From: Tubiluchus corallicola
Taxonomy: Eukaryota > Animalia > Priapulida
DNA: 64,000 bases
Direction: 5' to 3'
Assembly: GCA_030141605.1 (NCBI GenBank)
Contig: JAQGDQ010000081.1
Span: forward strand, 62,001-126,000
Both the position numbers and the translations under genes were made by a program. Under the pieces are notes generated by a model. It searched no databases, was not told the origin of the DNA, and worked only from the letters and a program-made list of their open reading frames with translations. The first letter of the stretch is position 1. Each line of letters begins with the position of its first letter. Positions 38,448 to 51,240 of this stretch are shown in pieces.

Positions 38448-40762
38448 AAGTGAATACAAAGTGGTGACACATTGTTACACCTGAGCACACCTGTATGAAC
38501 GTCTAAAGTCTCACGGTAATAAGGCGTTGCCAAAACCTCTTCCTTAAACGTAGATGTAAAGGTATTGTAATACTTGAGCACGTACCACAGTTTTATAATA
38601 CAGAAGTAACTCCCAGTTACAGTGATCAATGAAAACTGATTACAAAAGTCAAAAATAACTTAAATCACGATCAATGCCCGGTTACTGTCTTGCTGAATAA
38701 TAAATTAAATTCCAAAGACACAAAAATATGAGCTTATCAAGTTTCATATAGAATTTCTGTGCCGAACTTTTTCACAAAGTCTTTGCGTAAATCAGCATTA
38801 TTATTACATTAATTTGTTCTAGATTTTTACGCTGAAAGAGTCGAAGTTCATAATCAATGTTCTGTTGCAAATATTAGTTCACTCACTGAGCACTATCAAA
38901 GCTTTTGTTACTTAAAATCAAAAACTATCCAGGCACATGTGTCCAATTTGAAAATCATAACACCAGTTCACTTGTATCACATTTAATTGACCTGTACATA
39001 TCAAGGAACTAATAAACCTTTCTCTTTCCAACCACCTTTGCTGATTTGATATACGCCTACCTGTCTTACGCATATGTGACTGTACTACTGACTAACCATG
39101 CAGACCAATGAATGAAGACAGCAGGCAAGATGCGAGAACCGGCAGGGATACGGGAAAACAGGGTATGTGTATGTATGTCAGTGCGATGCAGTTTAGTATT
39201 TTAGCGACATCTAGTACGAGTTAACGCAAACATTCTTAATAATAATGATGTTTTTTTAACTAAAGCATCCTCAAGTAGGCCTGGAGTAGGCCATCCTCAA
39301 GTAGGCCGATATTAACTTTTGATAAGTAACTTTGAGTTTTTTGTGCTAGCAAAGCTTCATGTGTTGTATACAGAACATTATTATCAAGTTTTATTAAACT
39401 ACCTCTTTAAGGTTCCAAAAAATTAGAAACTCATACAAAAATAACCTTTATTCCTTAGACGCCTACGAGTCTCACACAGATAGTAATCCTAATACTGACC
39501 CTGGAAGCTATGTAGTTGGACCACTTTTTCTCTAACTGCAGTGTAACAGCTGAAACTTTTCCAATAATTGAGTCTTCTAACCGTTCAGCTTTGTCGTTCT
39601 CGTTCTCTAGTTTGTCCAGATAGCTTTCAGTATCCTTTGTACTGATCGGCGCACTGCAAATTCATATTTATTTCAATAACAGGATCTACCTAATACGTTG
39701 CAGGCTAGTGTCACTACCAGAACTTACTCATAAATCTAAGTCAAGTTCCCAACCTTAATTCGCTGACTCATGTGCTGCTCCTCTTGTCATAGAAGTTAAA
39801 ACAGTTTCGTGAAGTCATCACAAAACACAGGAGTCACCATTCTAGGCCTGAAGACTGCAAAGCTGAAGTAAGCACAAACCGTGGGTAGCAATCTGTCATC
39901 TCTGTTATTTTGATATTGGTTGTGAACTGATAACAAGAAAATATTGCGCTCTTTGCAATGCATTTTTTGCTTACAGTTATATGCATTATTTGTGCTAAAC
40001 TTGGTCAGAAGAAATTTACTTTTACAGAAAGCCAGAAAAGTAAGCAATTTCAACCTGAAATAGTTTCTATTGCGTTGAATAAAGAAATCTAAACGCATCT
40101 AATACATTTTCTCTCTATTTTTTCATTCTTTTCTTTGTTTCTTTCTTTTCCTCTTCCGTTATTATTGCATTTTCTTCTTTCTTCTATTATTTTTCTGTCT
40201 TCTTTTGTTTTGTTTTTGTCGGGCAGCTATACTATTTTTTGTAAAATTAGTCCTCAGTCTTAACTGTCAGTTACATACAAATTTCCAGTCCCAGTTGTCC
40301 TGACATCAAATTTTCCGTCTGGCGCCAGTGTGTTTAATGTTAAACTGTGTTAGTGTTGATGCCCAATCGTCTTGGTGCCCACTGCTCAATTGTCAGTTGA
40401 TATATCGTTCAATTGCCAATTTCAATGTGCGAAGGCCTAAACCTACTCAACCAAAATCGAATTACAACAGAATGAAACGTAACTTAAATAATTATTCTAG
40501 CGTCTCACAAAGTTTGTGATCACGTTATTTTGCAGCTTATAGTTGTTTTTGCATTTTACTGAAACTAAAAAAGGAATGAAGCTGAGACTGAGAGTACTTC
40601 ATAAAATCTAGCTTTAAGTGAGCTGCGCGTGGTAAAAACAAATGAAGCTTCTGTGCGTCAAATTTCTAATCGAAATCGCCGTTTGGAATAATATGGCAAC
40701 CCAAGTATGACTTTGTAGACAAAATTGACGAATTATAAAAAAGCTCTGTTCTTACTACAGCA

Positions 40763-43700
40763 ATGCCAACAGTAAAAGTTATAGGTCGTCGTACTTCTTT
40801 TAGAGGAAAATGTCTATTTGAGTTGTTGTGTAATTTGAAAAACTTCGGAAAGGGCAGAGTTGTAGTGCGAAGCATTTTTGAAGACCGTTTTCCAGATGAG
40901 CCAAGTTATTATGTTATAACAAAAGTGCAACCAAAGATGGACCCGGTAAGTTAAATACCATTTTCCATGTCGCTTATTTTGAGAATAGATTCTCTGCTTG
41001 ATTTTGATCTATAACTCGTACATAGTTTAACTTTCTAAGATTAGATTATAGATGTATGCAAACAGTTGAACTTCTTTTGCAATGCTTGAAAAAAGTAAAA
41101 TTTTCGGGAAACAGTTAATGCTGACTTCATTATTGTTGATTCCAAACAATGACCCCACCTGACGTTCAAACTGGACATGTATGGTGCTGGTCATCATCAC
41201 CTTCGTTATATGTACTAAGTTACTAAATATGCTAATAAGGTACATAGCAATGAATCTACATAGGTGTAGTGAACTTAGTGAGAATGAGTGATAGTGGAAA
41301 TGATTTGAGTTGATGAAAATTAGTATGGTGTCTGGTTTACTTATGGAGTTATGAAATGTCATGACTGTCAATAGTTAGAGTCACGTGAAACTTTTACTTT
41401 GAATAATGAATTGAACTGCGAACAAAATTATATCATTATTTAAGTGCTACTGGACAACACAGATTACCGAACGGCAATATGTTAATGTCATTCAATGTAA
41501 TTATGTCATTCAATGTAATTATGAGAGGCGAATTTCCAACGGTATGTAAAATGGCAAACGTGACTCCAATCCATAAAAAAGATCCAAAATGTGATCCCAT
41601 GAATTATCGCCCAATTTCCGTAATCCATTGTTTCGGCAAAGTTTGGGAAAGGGTAATTTATGATCAGATAAATTCATATGTAAATAAACATGAACTTTTA
41701 TCAAAACATCAGTTTGGCTTCCGTAAACACCATTCAACCATTGACGCCCTAATACACACAACAGAAAATTGGAGACATAGTTTAGACAACAAGCAATACA
41801 TTTTAGCAGCATTTTTGGATTTAAGTAAAGCTTTCGATAGCATTAATCACGAACTACTTTACGATAATTTAAAACAAATCGGATTAGATTCGATATCGTT
41901 AAAACTGATACAAAATTATCTCAAAGATAGACAACAACGAGTAAAGTTAGATACAACCAACTTTTCTGACTGGGCCACGTTAAACAGAGGTATACCGCAA
42001 GGAACACTACTAGGTCCGTTATTATTTTGCCTATATATAAACAACATATCCAGTGTATTAAAACACTCACAAATAACGCAATACGCTGATGACACTACAA
42101 TCTACATAGCCCATGAAAATGTCCAAACTGCAAAAAATTATTTAGAAGAAGATATAAAAAATATAAATATGGCATTTAGTCATTACAAGCTAAAAATGAA
42201 TAATGACAAAACAGAATTCATGATACTGTCACCCTCATTAAATACTAATGATGCATCATCAACCACTTTGACAATAGATAATGCTGTAATCAAACAAACT
42301 AACAATGTTAAATTCCTGGGCATACAAGTAGACAATAATCTTTCATGGGATGATCACTTTAATAACATATACACAAAAATGGCATCTAGCACATCATATC
42401 TCCGACAAGTTAAAGGGCAACTAACAAAGGAAACTAAAACACTAATATATAAAACTTTAGTTCTACCACACTTCTTATATGGATGTACGCTACTTCAAAA
42501 AACCAAAAGAGAAAATTACTTAAAATTAAATCTCCTTCAAAACTATGCATTGAGATACATAGCTGGGTACTCATACAAACACAAGGCAGGTAGACAAAAA
42601 TTCAAAGCTTCAACAACTAACCTGAGAAAAACTTTAAAATTCCCAATCATTGAAGCACACAAAGAATATTTTACTCTGCTTTTTATATTTAAATACATTA
42701 ACAACATCAGCAAACCATTCCAGAATAACAGATTTACCTTTTTTCCAAATCCTATCGTTAATTCCAGAACAAGCAATCTAAAACAAATTAGGACAAATAC
42801 CCACTATGGAACGAACTCTGTAATCAAACAAGCAATTTTACTTTGGAATTCTCTACCATTACAGGTTAAACAAATCAAGTCCCTATCAGCATTTAAAACA
42901 AAATTAAAATCACTAATATTAACCAGATATGAAATACCATCACACCAGTACGACAACATACACACTAATTCCGAATTCATATACCCACGGCCATATTAAT
43001 TAAATCATAGTTTTTTTTTATATTTTTTTGTGTATAGTTGTAAATATGGTTGATTTTATTCGTCATTACTGCACAGTAGTTTAGATTGCACTGACGCATT
43101 TGCCTTCAGCAGTGTAAGTTTTTATTAACTAACAGTGATTGATTATCTCTATAAAGTTTTTATCAGTGATTATCAATGTTTTTAATGGCAAATAAAGATT
43201 ATTATATATATATATATATATTATGAGTTTGAGCTGAAAATGGATTGATGATGTCAATACGTGAATTCTGAAGCAAAGGACACTGGAGAAAGTAATGAAG
43301 GGTATCGTCCAAGTTAGATAAGAAATTATATGACTGGCAAGTAGGCTGCAGCCAAACCTCATCCTAGCAAGATGAATTTGACAAATCTCGGTCCCTAGAT
43401 ACTTGTTTTTAATTCTTCCAAGTCGTCTATCATATTTTTAAACTGTCTTAGAGCGGATGTGTAAAATTTCATATTGTCTTGAAGCTAATTCTTTAGGTTA
43501 ATGGATGAAATGATGAGTTATGAAATAATATTATTCCTACATAGCATGTGCAAAAATGATGCGAGTTATGTAAAGCATAATTAGAAGTTAACTGCCCAAG
43601 AGTAACAGCAAGAATATTAGTTAAACAGTAAGTGTCATGCCATTTTGCTTCTTTTGGATAGATTATAAAATTTATAATATTTCATCGAATTCTTAGTGTA

Positions 43701-45360
43701 TTAAGCCTCACTTCATTATACAACAGATCGTGGGAACTACCCCTGACCGCAGCAGATATTAAACGAGTTGCTTCTGATTGTATACCTCAAGCTCATTGGA
43801 CTGAGTAGCTGAACACTTATCCCATTACGTTTTACAACATGCATATTCTAAAACTGGACAAATAAAACTAAAATAAAATGTCAATAGAGACTTCCAAACA
43901 TAAATACACTTAAATCATCTTGATTAAATTAAGACATAGTCTGGCTCTACTACTTATCTCACCAATGTGATAACCCCAGTGTCTATTATTGAAAAAGGTT
44001 AAATCAAGATACCCTATGGTGACCTTAACACAAGTTTATATATATATAAATGATGACATCCCATAACAATGGTTGCTACGAATTTGATTAAAGATTTATG
44101 TGCTAATGGCATGTGAGGAAAAATAGGATCTGATGATGTTTGAAATGTGGGAGTAAGTTTTGTAGGTTCATTAATAACTCAAATAAAACCAAAATTTTGT
44201 TGAATAAAGTGTAACATAATATATATATAATCATTGCACACTTTACATCTTCATCAAAGAATCTGGTTGAACTTCACATAAACATCTCTTTTAGTGCTAA
44301 AAATATTATGAGTGAATGGTGTCATGTTATTTTTGTTGGGTCTTAATATACTCTTAATTTTGATATTTAATGTATTTTTGCTCATAACTAATAGATATTT
44401 CTCAAATGTTTGCCATATGGGGTACCCATAACATATACATTTGATGAAATGAGTAGTGGCCGTTGGATATTATGAGTGTGCTATACATTTCTGTAGTGAG
44501 CTTGCATAAATTTTGTATTTAAGAAAAATGCTTTTCTTTGTTCGTTAATATATAGCTTTTTAAAGTGTTTTTTACAATTGCATGCTTTTACAGCTACCAT
44601 ACGGTGTCTCAGCATTTCACGTGTTGCAAATTACACACCAATTCACAGCCGTTTATTAAGGAGTGTGCCTTTATAAAACTTTATGCATTTCTTATATGCA
44701 AACAATTATATCATGTAATGTATTCTATGTTCATTGTTACTATGATAATTATCAAGGGGCATCAATGTTATTGGAATGTGGTATTTTGAACACCTGGCAT
44801 TTGAAGACATTTAATAAAAAGCCCACAATAAAGAAAATTGGATCTGTTCATAATTTATAAAAAGAATGATTCTTCTATTAAGAATTATTTCCTTGTTAAC
44901 TGAATGCAATTTATTATAGTGGGGTGATGGGTAAATATTTTTTTGTAATAAAGTAGCTAAACAAGCATTAAAAGTGCAGGTATTGTTGGTCTTTAACGAA
45001 ATTTAAACAGCATCACTTTTACAGGATTTTGAAGGAGGAACTGCTTGGGGACACAAAGTGTTCAGAGGACTACCACTTGGGGAACGCATGATTAAATCAG
45101 GTTTCAAAGCAGACTGGAGACTTATACCACGAAATGAGGAACACAAGTACTTAGAGTGGAAGCGAACAGAACCTTTTGTGCATAAACAAATCAACACTCA
45201 TATAAAATTTCCACCTCTACTTAGAGAAATTATTCTAGAGGAATGGGATAAAATGGGAAAACCTAGGGACAAAGAACCTTTGCTTCCTATTGAGATCAGG
45301 CAAAAAGACTGGAATAGAGCACGACTTAAAAATTCTGGAGTGGAACAAATGGGACTATGA
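40763..45360 (+). CDS. MRPS34: Mitochondrial small-subunit ribosomal protein S34 (mS34), 2 exons, ~172 aa
   Basis: Exon 1 40763-40945 (MPTVKVIGRRTSFRGKCLFELLCNLKNFGKGRVVVRS...EPSYYVITKV..DP|GTAAG) joins exon 2 45025-45360 (ttttacAG|DFEGGTAWGHKVFRG...KADWRLIP...FPPLL) in phase 0. Motifs match the recalled mS34 family. AATAAA near 45546. Confidence 0.9.
41479..42999 (+). CDS. Reverse transcriptase ORF of the LINE (N-terminally truncated, no endonuclease domain)
   Basis: RT motifs NYRPIS, QFGFR, FLDLSKAFD, GIPQGTLLGPLLF, YADD, KFLG and C-terminal LWNSLP; no stop codons over 506 codons. Confidence 0.92.
   Translation: MLMSFNVIMSFNVIMRGEFPTVCKMANVTPIHKKDPKCDPMNYRPISVIHCFGKVWERVIYDQINSYVNKHELLSKHQFGFRKHHSTIDALIHTTENWRHSLDNKQYILAAFLDLSKAFDSINHELLYDNLKQIGLDSISLKLIQNYLKDRQQRVKLDTTNFSDWATLNRGIPQGTLLGPLLFCLYINNISSVLKHSQITQYADDTTIYIAHENVQTAKNYLEEDIKNINMAFSHYKLKMNNDKTEFMILSPSLNTNDASSTTLTIDNAVIKQTNNVKFLGIQVDNNLSWDDHFNNIYTKMASSTSYLRQVKGQLTKETKTLIYKTLVLPHFLYGCTLLQKTKRENYLKLNLLQNYALRYIAGYSYKHKAGRQKFKASTTNLRKTLKFPIIEAHKEYFTLLFIFKYINNISKPFQNNRFTFFPNPIVNSRTSNLKQIRTNTHYGTNSVIKQAILLWNSLPLQVKQIKSLSAFKTKLKSLILTRYEIPSHQYDNIHTNSEFIYPRPY
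41526..43219 (+). mobile_element. 5'-truncated non-LTR retrotransposon (CR1 group, L2/Crack-like) in the MRPS34 intron
   Basis: Open RT ORF, short 3' UTR, AATAAA at ~43190 and a (TA)n tail. Candidate 8-bp TSD ATTATGAG at 41518-41525 and 43220-43227. Confidence 0.9.
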
Positions 45361-46626
45361 AATGAAAGAATGTGGTTTTATAAAAATTTTGTGTTGTTTT
45401 TAAAAAAAATTATACTTTGTCCATCTTGAAGGCAGACCCTTAGATCAGGACCAGTTTCTAAGAGGTAGTCCTCTCCAACTCTGACTACGATGCTGCAAGG
45501 ATGGTAATCGGTGACATTCTCCAATAGAATGAAATTATATTGTCAAATAAAAATATCATGTCTATAGTATAGCTTTCTAAGCGCTTCTTAGAGACAAGTG
45601 AGTGAAGCAACCTGGGTCATTTCAGTTTGTTCCTCTAGAAATAACTATTATGATGGTTTCCCCTTAAATGCAGAAACCAATGTTTTGAATGAGGAAAAAA
45701 TGTCAAAGGTAACTATTAAAATCATGTTACAAAACATTTTAAAACTGCATAGAGTGTATTTACTGACACTGTATGTTGTTTACGTAATTCTAGAATGTCA
45801 TCCTTATTAAAGAACAAAATTGGTGAATTTTCACCTATTGAAAGGACACACCTGAAAATTTTATATCAGTTAGATGTTAGATATAATTTCACTGTAAACA
45901 GAGTTCACATTATGTAACTCTCACGCTTTCTACTATATGCAGCAGTTTCAATCAACTCTTGAGGGTGGTTAACCAATTCTGGTAAGATATTTACAATTTG
46001 TAAAGCATTGGCAAAAAACTAGCTGTACCCATATGATGCCGTTTCATTAAACTAGTAATAATAGTACATTTTCACAAGTTTAATAATCACTTTTCATCAG
46101 TTCTTTGTTTGCTGGAATGAGCCATTTGGATTACCAAGAATTTCTTTTCAAATAACTAAAACTATTATAATCCCATAACTAATTTTATGACTTTTTAAAA
46201 CATGTTTTCAAATTACATTTTTGCTTTACTTATTATATTAATTGCAAGTAGCCATTAGCCAATTATAAACTTTTTCTGTTGAAATGGAAAACACCTGTTT
46301 GTTACATTTTAATTTCCTTTGTAAATATTATCCTGCATAAATTCCCCATAATATCTTCCAAGGTTCACCAAAATTGTCTCATTAGCATGAGCGTTTTAAA
46401 AAAATCAAAGCAAATAACCATTGATGACTTGCTGATTTGGTGAGTTGAAGTATGACATGTATATTCTTTTATGCATTTAAAAACAACACGGCTGTTTATT
46501 TAGTCTTTTTCACGAAATGGGTGATTCTGTTAGCCTTTGAATGAAATTTTCTGATTCACTAAATTTAAAAATTTATTTAACAATTCACCAGTACAAGATA
46601 TACAAAAAGTGAAAGTTGATCTAGCA

Positions 46627-49600
46627 TCACAGCTCAGAGGCTTCGGAGAAATTAAATTCATCTGCTTTATCAGTGCTTTTTTCTTTCTGCATTTCCGTTG
46701 TTTTGTATATATAATGTTCCTGTAACTGCTGTAAGGTGGTTTCACTAATGTTTATTTTCACATTTGGAGCTCCTTTTAGGTCCCTTTGATATTCTCTAAG
46801 TTCCTGTACCTCTGGGCTTCGCCGTACCTGAAATCATAAACAGTTTAATCTTAAAATAGTTTTAGCAACTCCAAAGTAATATAGCTACATGCTGGCTGAT
46901 TACTAATGATGTTTGTGAAACTCATACCTGCGAGGTATATCAACTTTTTATATCAGAACTCTTTCAGTTTACTAAAGGTATTAGTGCTGCAGCAGTGCTT
47001 TGCACATTAATTCATATTAACAGACAACATTGATGATAGCTTTTTATATGTCTAAACTTAAAAACAACATACCATGTAACCTCTTACGAAAGCTTGAATG
47101 ACGACTGCTGCTTCTTCCTCTGTCCACAGTACTGAAAGTGGTAAAGGTGGACGTGGGCTAAAACATAATAATCAAAACATATTAATTTTTATTATAACAA
47201 CAAGTAAAGATTATGGAACATTTTTTGCTTTAGCTGACTTTGGCAGTTACAAAAATACATGTAACGTGTTTCCTCAAGCAATAATGTCACTCCTATACAA
47301 GACGAATAAAATATGCAGTACAGTGTTTATTCCGCAGACAGTGCTAGGCAGAGTTGAGCTAGGCTAGTAATTGGATGGTTGACTATCGAGAAGAGTTTTG
47401 GAGGTTCCATGTGCCCATAAAACATTGCTATTTCTCTCATGAAAACATTAATGAAGAAGGCTTCAATAATTGTACAAGTTTATATTTAAGACACTGCTGT
47501 CAAATTCAAAAAGTAAATTATTGTCTATAGCGAATGCTTCAAACAGGCTATTATTGTGCACTGCTAATATAATTGTAAAAATTCAGGTATCACAGCTCAT
47601 AACTACAATATAAAACTGTAAGCCTGCTTTTAAGTCCGCTAAACAATAGCTAACCTAAGATAAAAACATTATTTGTACTTCAGTAGCGATACTTACTGTT
47701 CAGCAAGCCATTTTTCTACAAAAGGTATGTCATAAAGAGTCATTTCAGTACGGTCAACCACATAGGTTGGGTTACGGCTGCAAAAATTAATTAGTTATTA
47801 TTATTTAATTAGTTTACTACATTCATTTTTAACGCTCAGTCCTAATTATTGTTTACTTTAAACTATCCAATCGAATTTATCAAACCATCTCAAAATTTTT
47901 GGGATGTCAAACTAGCCATGTTCCTCAGTTTTAATATACATGCACTGTAATTAAACTTTGACAACAAATGCACTAGTCAGTTTGTAGTGTATAATTTCAA
48001 ATAAAAGTTTGGTACATGTGTCTTTAACTGAGTTTTAGTCAAATATTTTGTAATAATGTCAGCAGTCATATCTGGCAATAGAAATGGTTCAGTTTCGGCA
48101 TCTTCAAAGTGCTCTAAATAAAGTTACAAATGACCAAATGTAAATATTGTTTTGGAAAGCTCAGTATACAGTAATCACAAAATTTGCCAAGACAATGTGT
48201 TCTCAGTACAGTATGCTCTGCCTCAGTAGTGAGACTTTCTGTAAGCGCAGAAAGCTCCATTATATTGATATTAATATTTACATGCCTGTATATATGTGTC
48301 GAATATCACATTGAATAGTTTTAATTGTCATGGATCCCATCTCTAACAGAGGAAACACATAGTAGCTCAATTTGAATGATTTATTTGAGAAGATGAACAA
48401 GAGATTGGATAAGGACTGATTCATTCATCCATGCTTGTAACCCATTTCATTGTTTTTTTCAAAATTCCAATTCATTCCCCAAACTGTAATGTGCTGATAT
48501 CCCATTATGCACTATAAATAGACTAGTAATGCTGCAGTTCAATAGGAATGTTAACTTTATTTTGTTTATTCATTTATTAGGAATAAAAGCTACTAAGTCT
48601 GAAAGAAACTTACGCATATAACCATTCGGTCAGAAAATCTAAACCATTAAACTTCGTTTGTTTTCTCTGTAATGAAAAAGCAAATTTCTGTAGTTTGTGG
48701 ATGAATGAGACACAGTAGCAGTAGCGAGTACAGCAGTAGCAGTAGCACTACTTATACAATATGGCTAAATATAAAAGTAAAATGCTGCCATCTTGCCATC
48801 ACATACATGAAAAAACTTTATTTTTTGCAAGCAGAACACCACTCCTTTGGCCTAATATGTATTGACGGCTTATTTATTCTATGACGGTGACTTAATATAC
48901 ATAATCGCAGATTGAGTTAGGATATATTTTGAGGCTTTGACTTCACCTGACATTTCCCACTGTTTAAAAAGAAATGATCTGTCTGCCAGGTGCATATAGC
49001 TGGTTTATAAACTCACCATCATAGATAGTTGCTGATTTTTCATTTCTTCTTAATAAAAAAGAACGCGTTTCAGCAAATAGATGGTATTACCACCCCGAAA
49101 ATTTTCCTCTAAAACTGAATACATATAGCTCAATACATATGCCCTTACAGCGATGATATAAATTAAATGGAATGACATTTTAAAACTTATAAATATGTAC
49201 CTCGAAGCATTTCTCAGTCTTTGCTCGTTCAAGAAGTGCTAGAAGAGCTGGGATAACTGCAGGAAGCAAAAAACATTCTACATAATCTGTTGGCGAACCT
49301 GGTTATTTTAGAAATATAATTATTAATATTACATTCTTCAAGTTTGTATGTAGAATTTTGATACATGAAGTTTTTAAACACAGGAAAAACTGTTAAACTA
49401 GCACATGCTTGCTTGCTTGCGAAGTCTAAGAGACCTAGCCATAACAATGTTGTTGATAGTCTTTCCTCCGATAGTGAAACCTTTAATGCATCAACCGTTT
49501 CACTATTAAGTGAATTCCAAAGACCCACAACATGAGAAGAGAAGAAATTGGCTCTGATATTAACGTGAGAGTATTGTACAAATAATTTAGAATTATATCT

Positions 49601-50291
49601 ATGTAAATCATGTAGTGGTCTAGAAAAAATTTGTCGCTACGCAAAATACAACTATCACTAATGACTTTATAACGGTTAATAAGATCTATAGTGTCACAGC
49701 ATTGTTCAAGAGAAGATACAGTCAGGTTGAATATCAGAGGTCAGACTAATACACTTCCATTGAGTTATTTCTAAAGCATTTTAAGAGTAATATACTGTGG
49801 TGACCAAGCAACGCAAGCATACTCAAGTACTGGTCTAATTACAGCTTCATAAAGAGGTACAATAAGTTTTGCGCTACGCTAACGAAATGCAGCATTTTAT
49901 CATTCCAATGTGCCTATTGGCTTGAGAAATAATATGCTCAATATGTGAGTTCCACTTCAGGTTGTTAATACTCCCAAATCACGTACAACTGATTTTTCTT
50001 CAATAACACAATCTCTCAGAGAATAAGGTGTTGTAGAATTAGAAAGAATATGAAATATGCTGCATTTACACACGAAAACTTTATCTATTTATTCTTTCAG
50101 GCAGTTAATTTATTTACTGCTATAGACCGTAAATATAATACAACATGTGAACATTAGAAATCTAGATTTTTTTATAATGAGGTTTACAGAGCTGTAGTAC
50201 AATTTTTTGGTTGTAATCTTCGCTTCTTGTTTAGTCCCCATTCAACTAGTCCGGACAGTTTCTTTCGCGGATGTAGCAATAGTTCTTCCAT
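46627..50291 (-). CDS. IQCK: IQ motif-containing protein K, 6 exons; 5' end uncertain
   Basis: Phase-consistent GT-AG exons 50291-50201, 49298-49201, 48666-48614, 47777-47697, 47157-47073 and 46827-46627. They translate to ..[107 protein letters not shown], matching recalled IQCK including the IQ motif. The exon 1 donor (GTACTA) is weak, and an acceptor precedes the ATG, so an upstream exon may exist. Not visible in the ORF track. Confidence 0.88.
49480..50095 (-). mobile_element. Decayed CR1-type LINE 3' part in IQCK intron 1
   Basis: Minus-strand translations LVPLYEAVIRPVLEYACVAWSP and NFFSSHVVGLWNSL match CR1 C-terminal motifs (LYKSLVRPHLEY..VWSP; FFS.RVV..WNSL), with frameshifts. Confidence 0.75.
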
Positions 50292-50869
50292 TTCCAACGC
50301 TGCGTTAAGACAAGAACAAATCAAACAGATGCTAGTCACACACTAAACCTTTTATTGGACTTCGTAACCAATGACGCTTTCAAAACAGCGCTGAGCAAAC
50401 TAGAGACGACTCCAAAAATTACCACGCGACTCTCAGGTGAAGGCGAACTGCATTGTGCCGCCATCTACCAGATATTTTTATGACAAGTGTTTATGAAATC
50501 TCGTAGTAGGCGCGTTCAAGTAATGGTACGACGGCGAAACATAATTAATAATAATAACAGATTCACACGTTTCATAGAAATCTGCTAAAGAACTTTTAAA
50601 GATAAGATGGCCACTCACAATCAAAAATGCATAAAATTCCTTGGGGTTCAAAAGTCAACCTCCACCCCGACACTCTTTAGATTACCAAGTGAAACACCAA
50701 TAAGAATTAACATTATAAGTTTGACTGGAAGTCGCAATGCTCATGTTACAAGCTTGTAACATTACGATGGGTGGTATTGCAACAGTTAGAAAGATTATCA
50801 GAAAGATAATTATTGCTTATGGAAGGTGTACAAAGGCATGCTACAAGAATATTCGGTTGTAAAAATCTG

Positions 50870-51240
50870 ACATATTTAGAAAGATTGCAGTTTGACCATG
50901 AACTAAGAAGACACCATGGAGATCTTATTGAAGTTCCTATTAACTAGAAAAGAAAATAATTTGCCAGAAAATTCTTTAATTTAGTTGTCGATTCTAAAAC
51001 TAGAGGACACAATTTAAAATTGTTTAAAGAGTGGTCATGCCATGAAATTCCTAAATGTTCATTTTCTGTGACAGTCGTGAATGAATGGAATAATCTGCCT
51101 TCCATGGCGATTCCTGCACCAACCACAGCATGTTTAAATCCTTAATCAACAATTATTTTGTGGAAGAATATGGTGATTGCCGCACCAACCACAGTAAAGT
51201 TTAAATCCTTAATCGACAATTATTTTGTGGAAGAATATGA
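50870..51240 (+). mobile_element. Decayed CR1-type LINE 3' end with an internal ~66-bp tandem duplication
   Basis: RRHHGDLIEV, TRGHNLKL and FSVTVVNEWNNLP motifs; the unit 51104-51169 is repeated from 51170. Confidence 0.7.

Noticed and set aside
39123-39133. AGGCAAGATGC, the miR-31 5' end (a similar match lies on the minus strand near 48790)
   Set aside because: The 3' part diverges and I found no complementary arm.
49015-49050. Extra IQCK exon ending in a GTGAGT donor
   Set aside because: It has a stop in the required phase, and the flanking exons already join in frame to give the conserved KCFE|RK sequence. A poison exon cannot be excluded.
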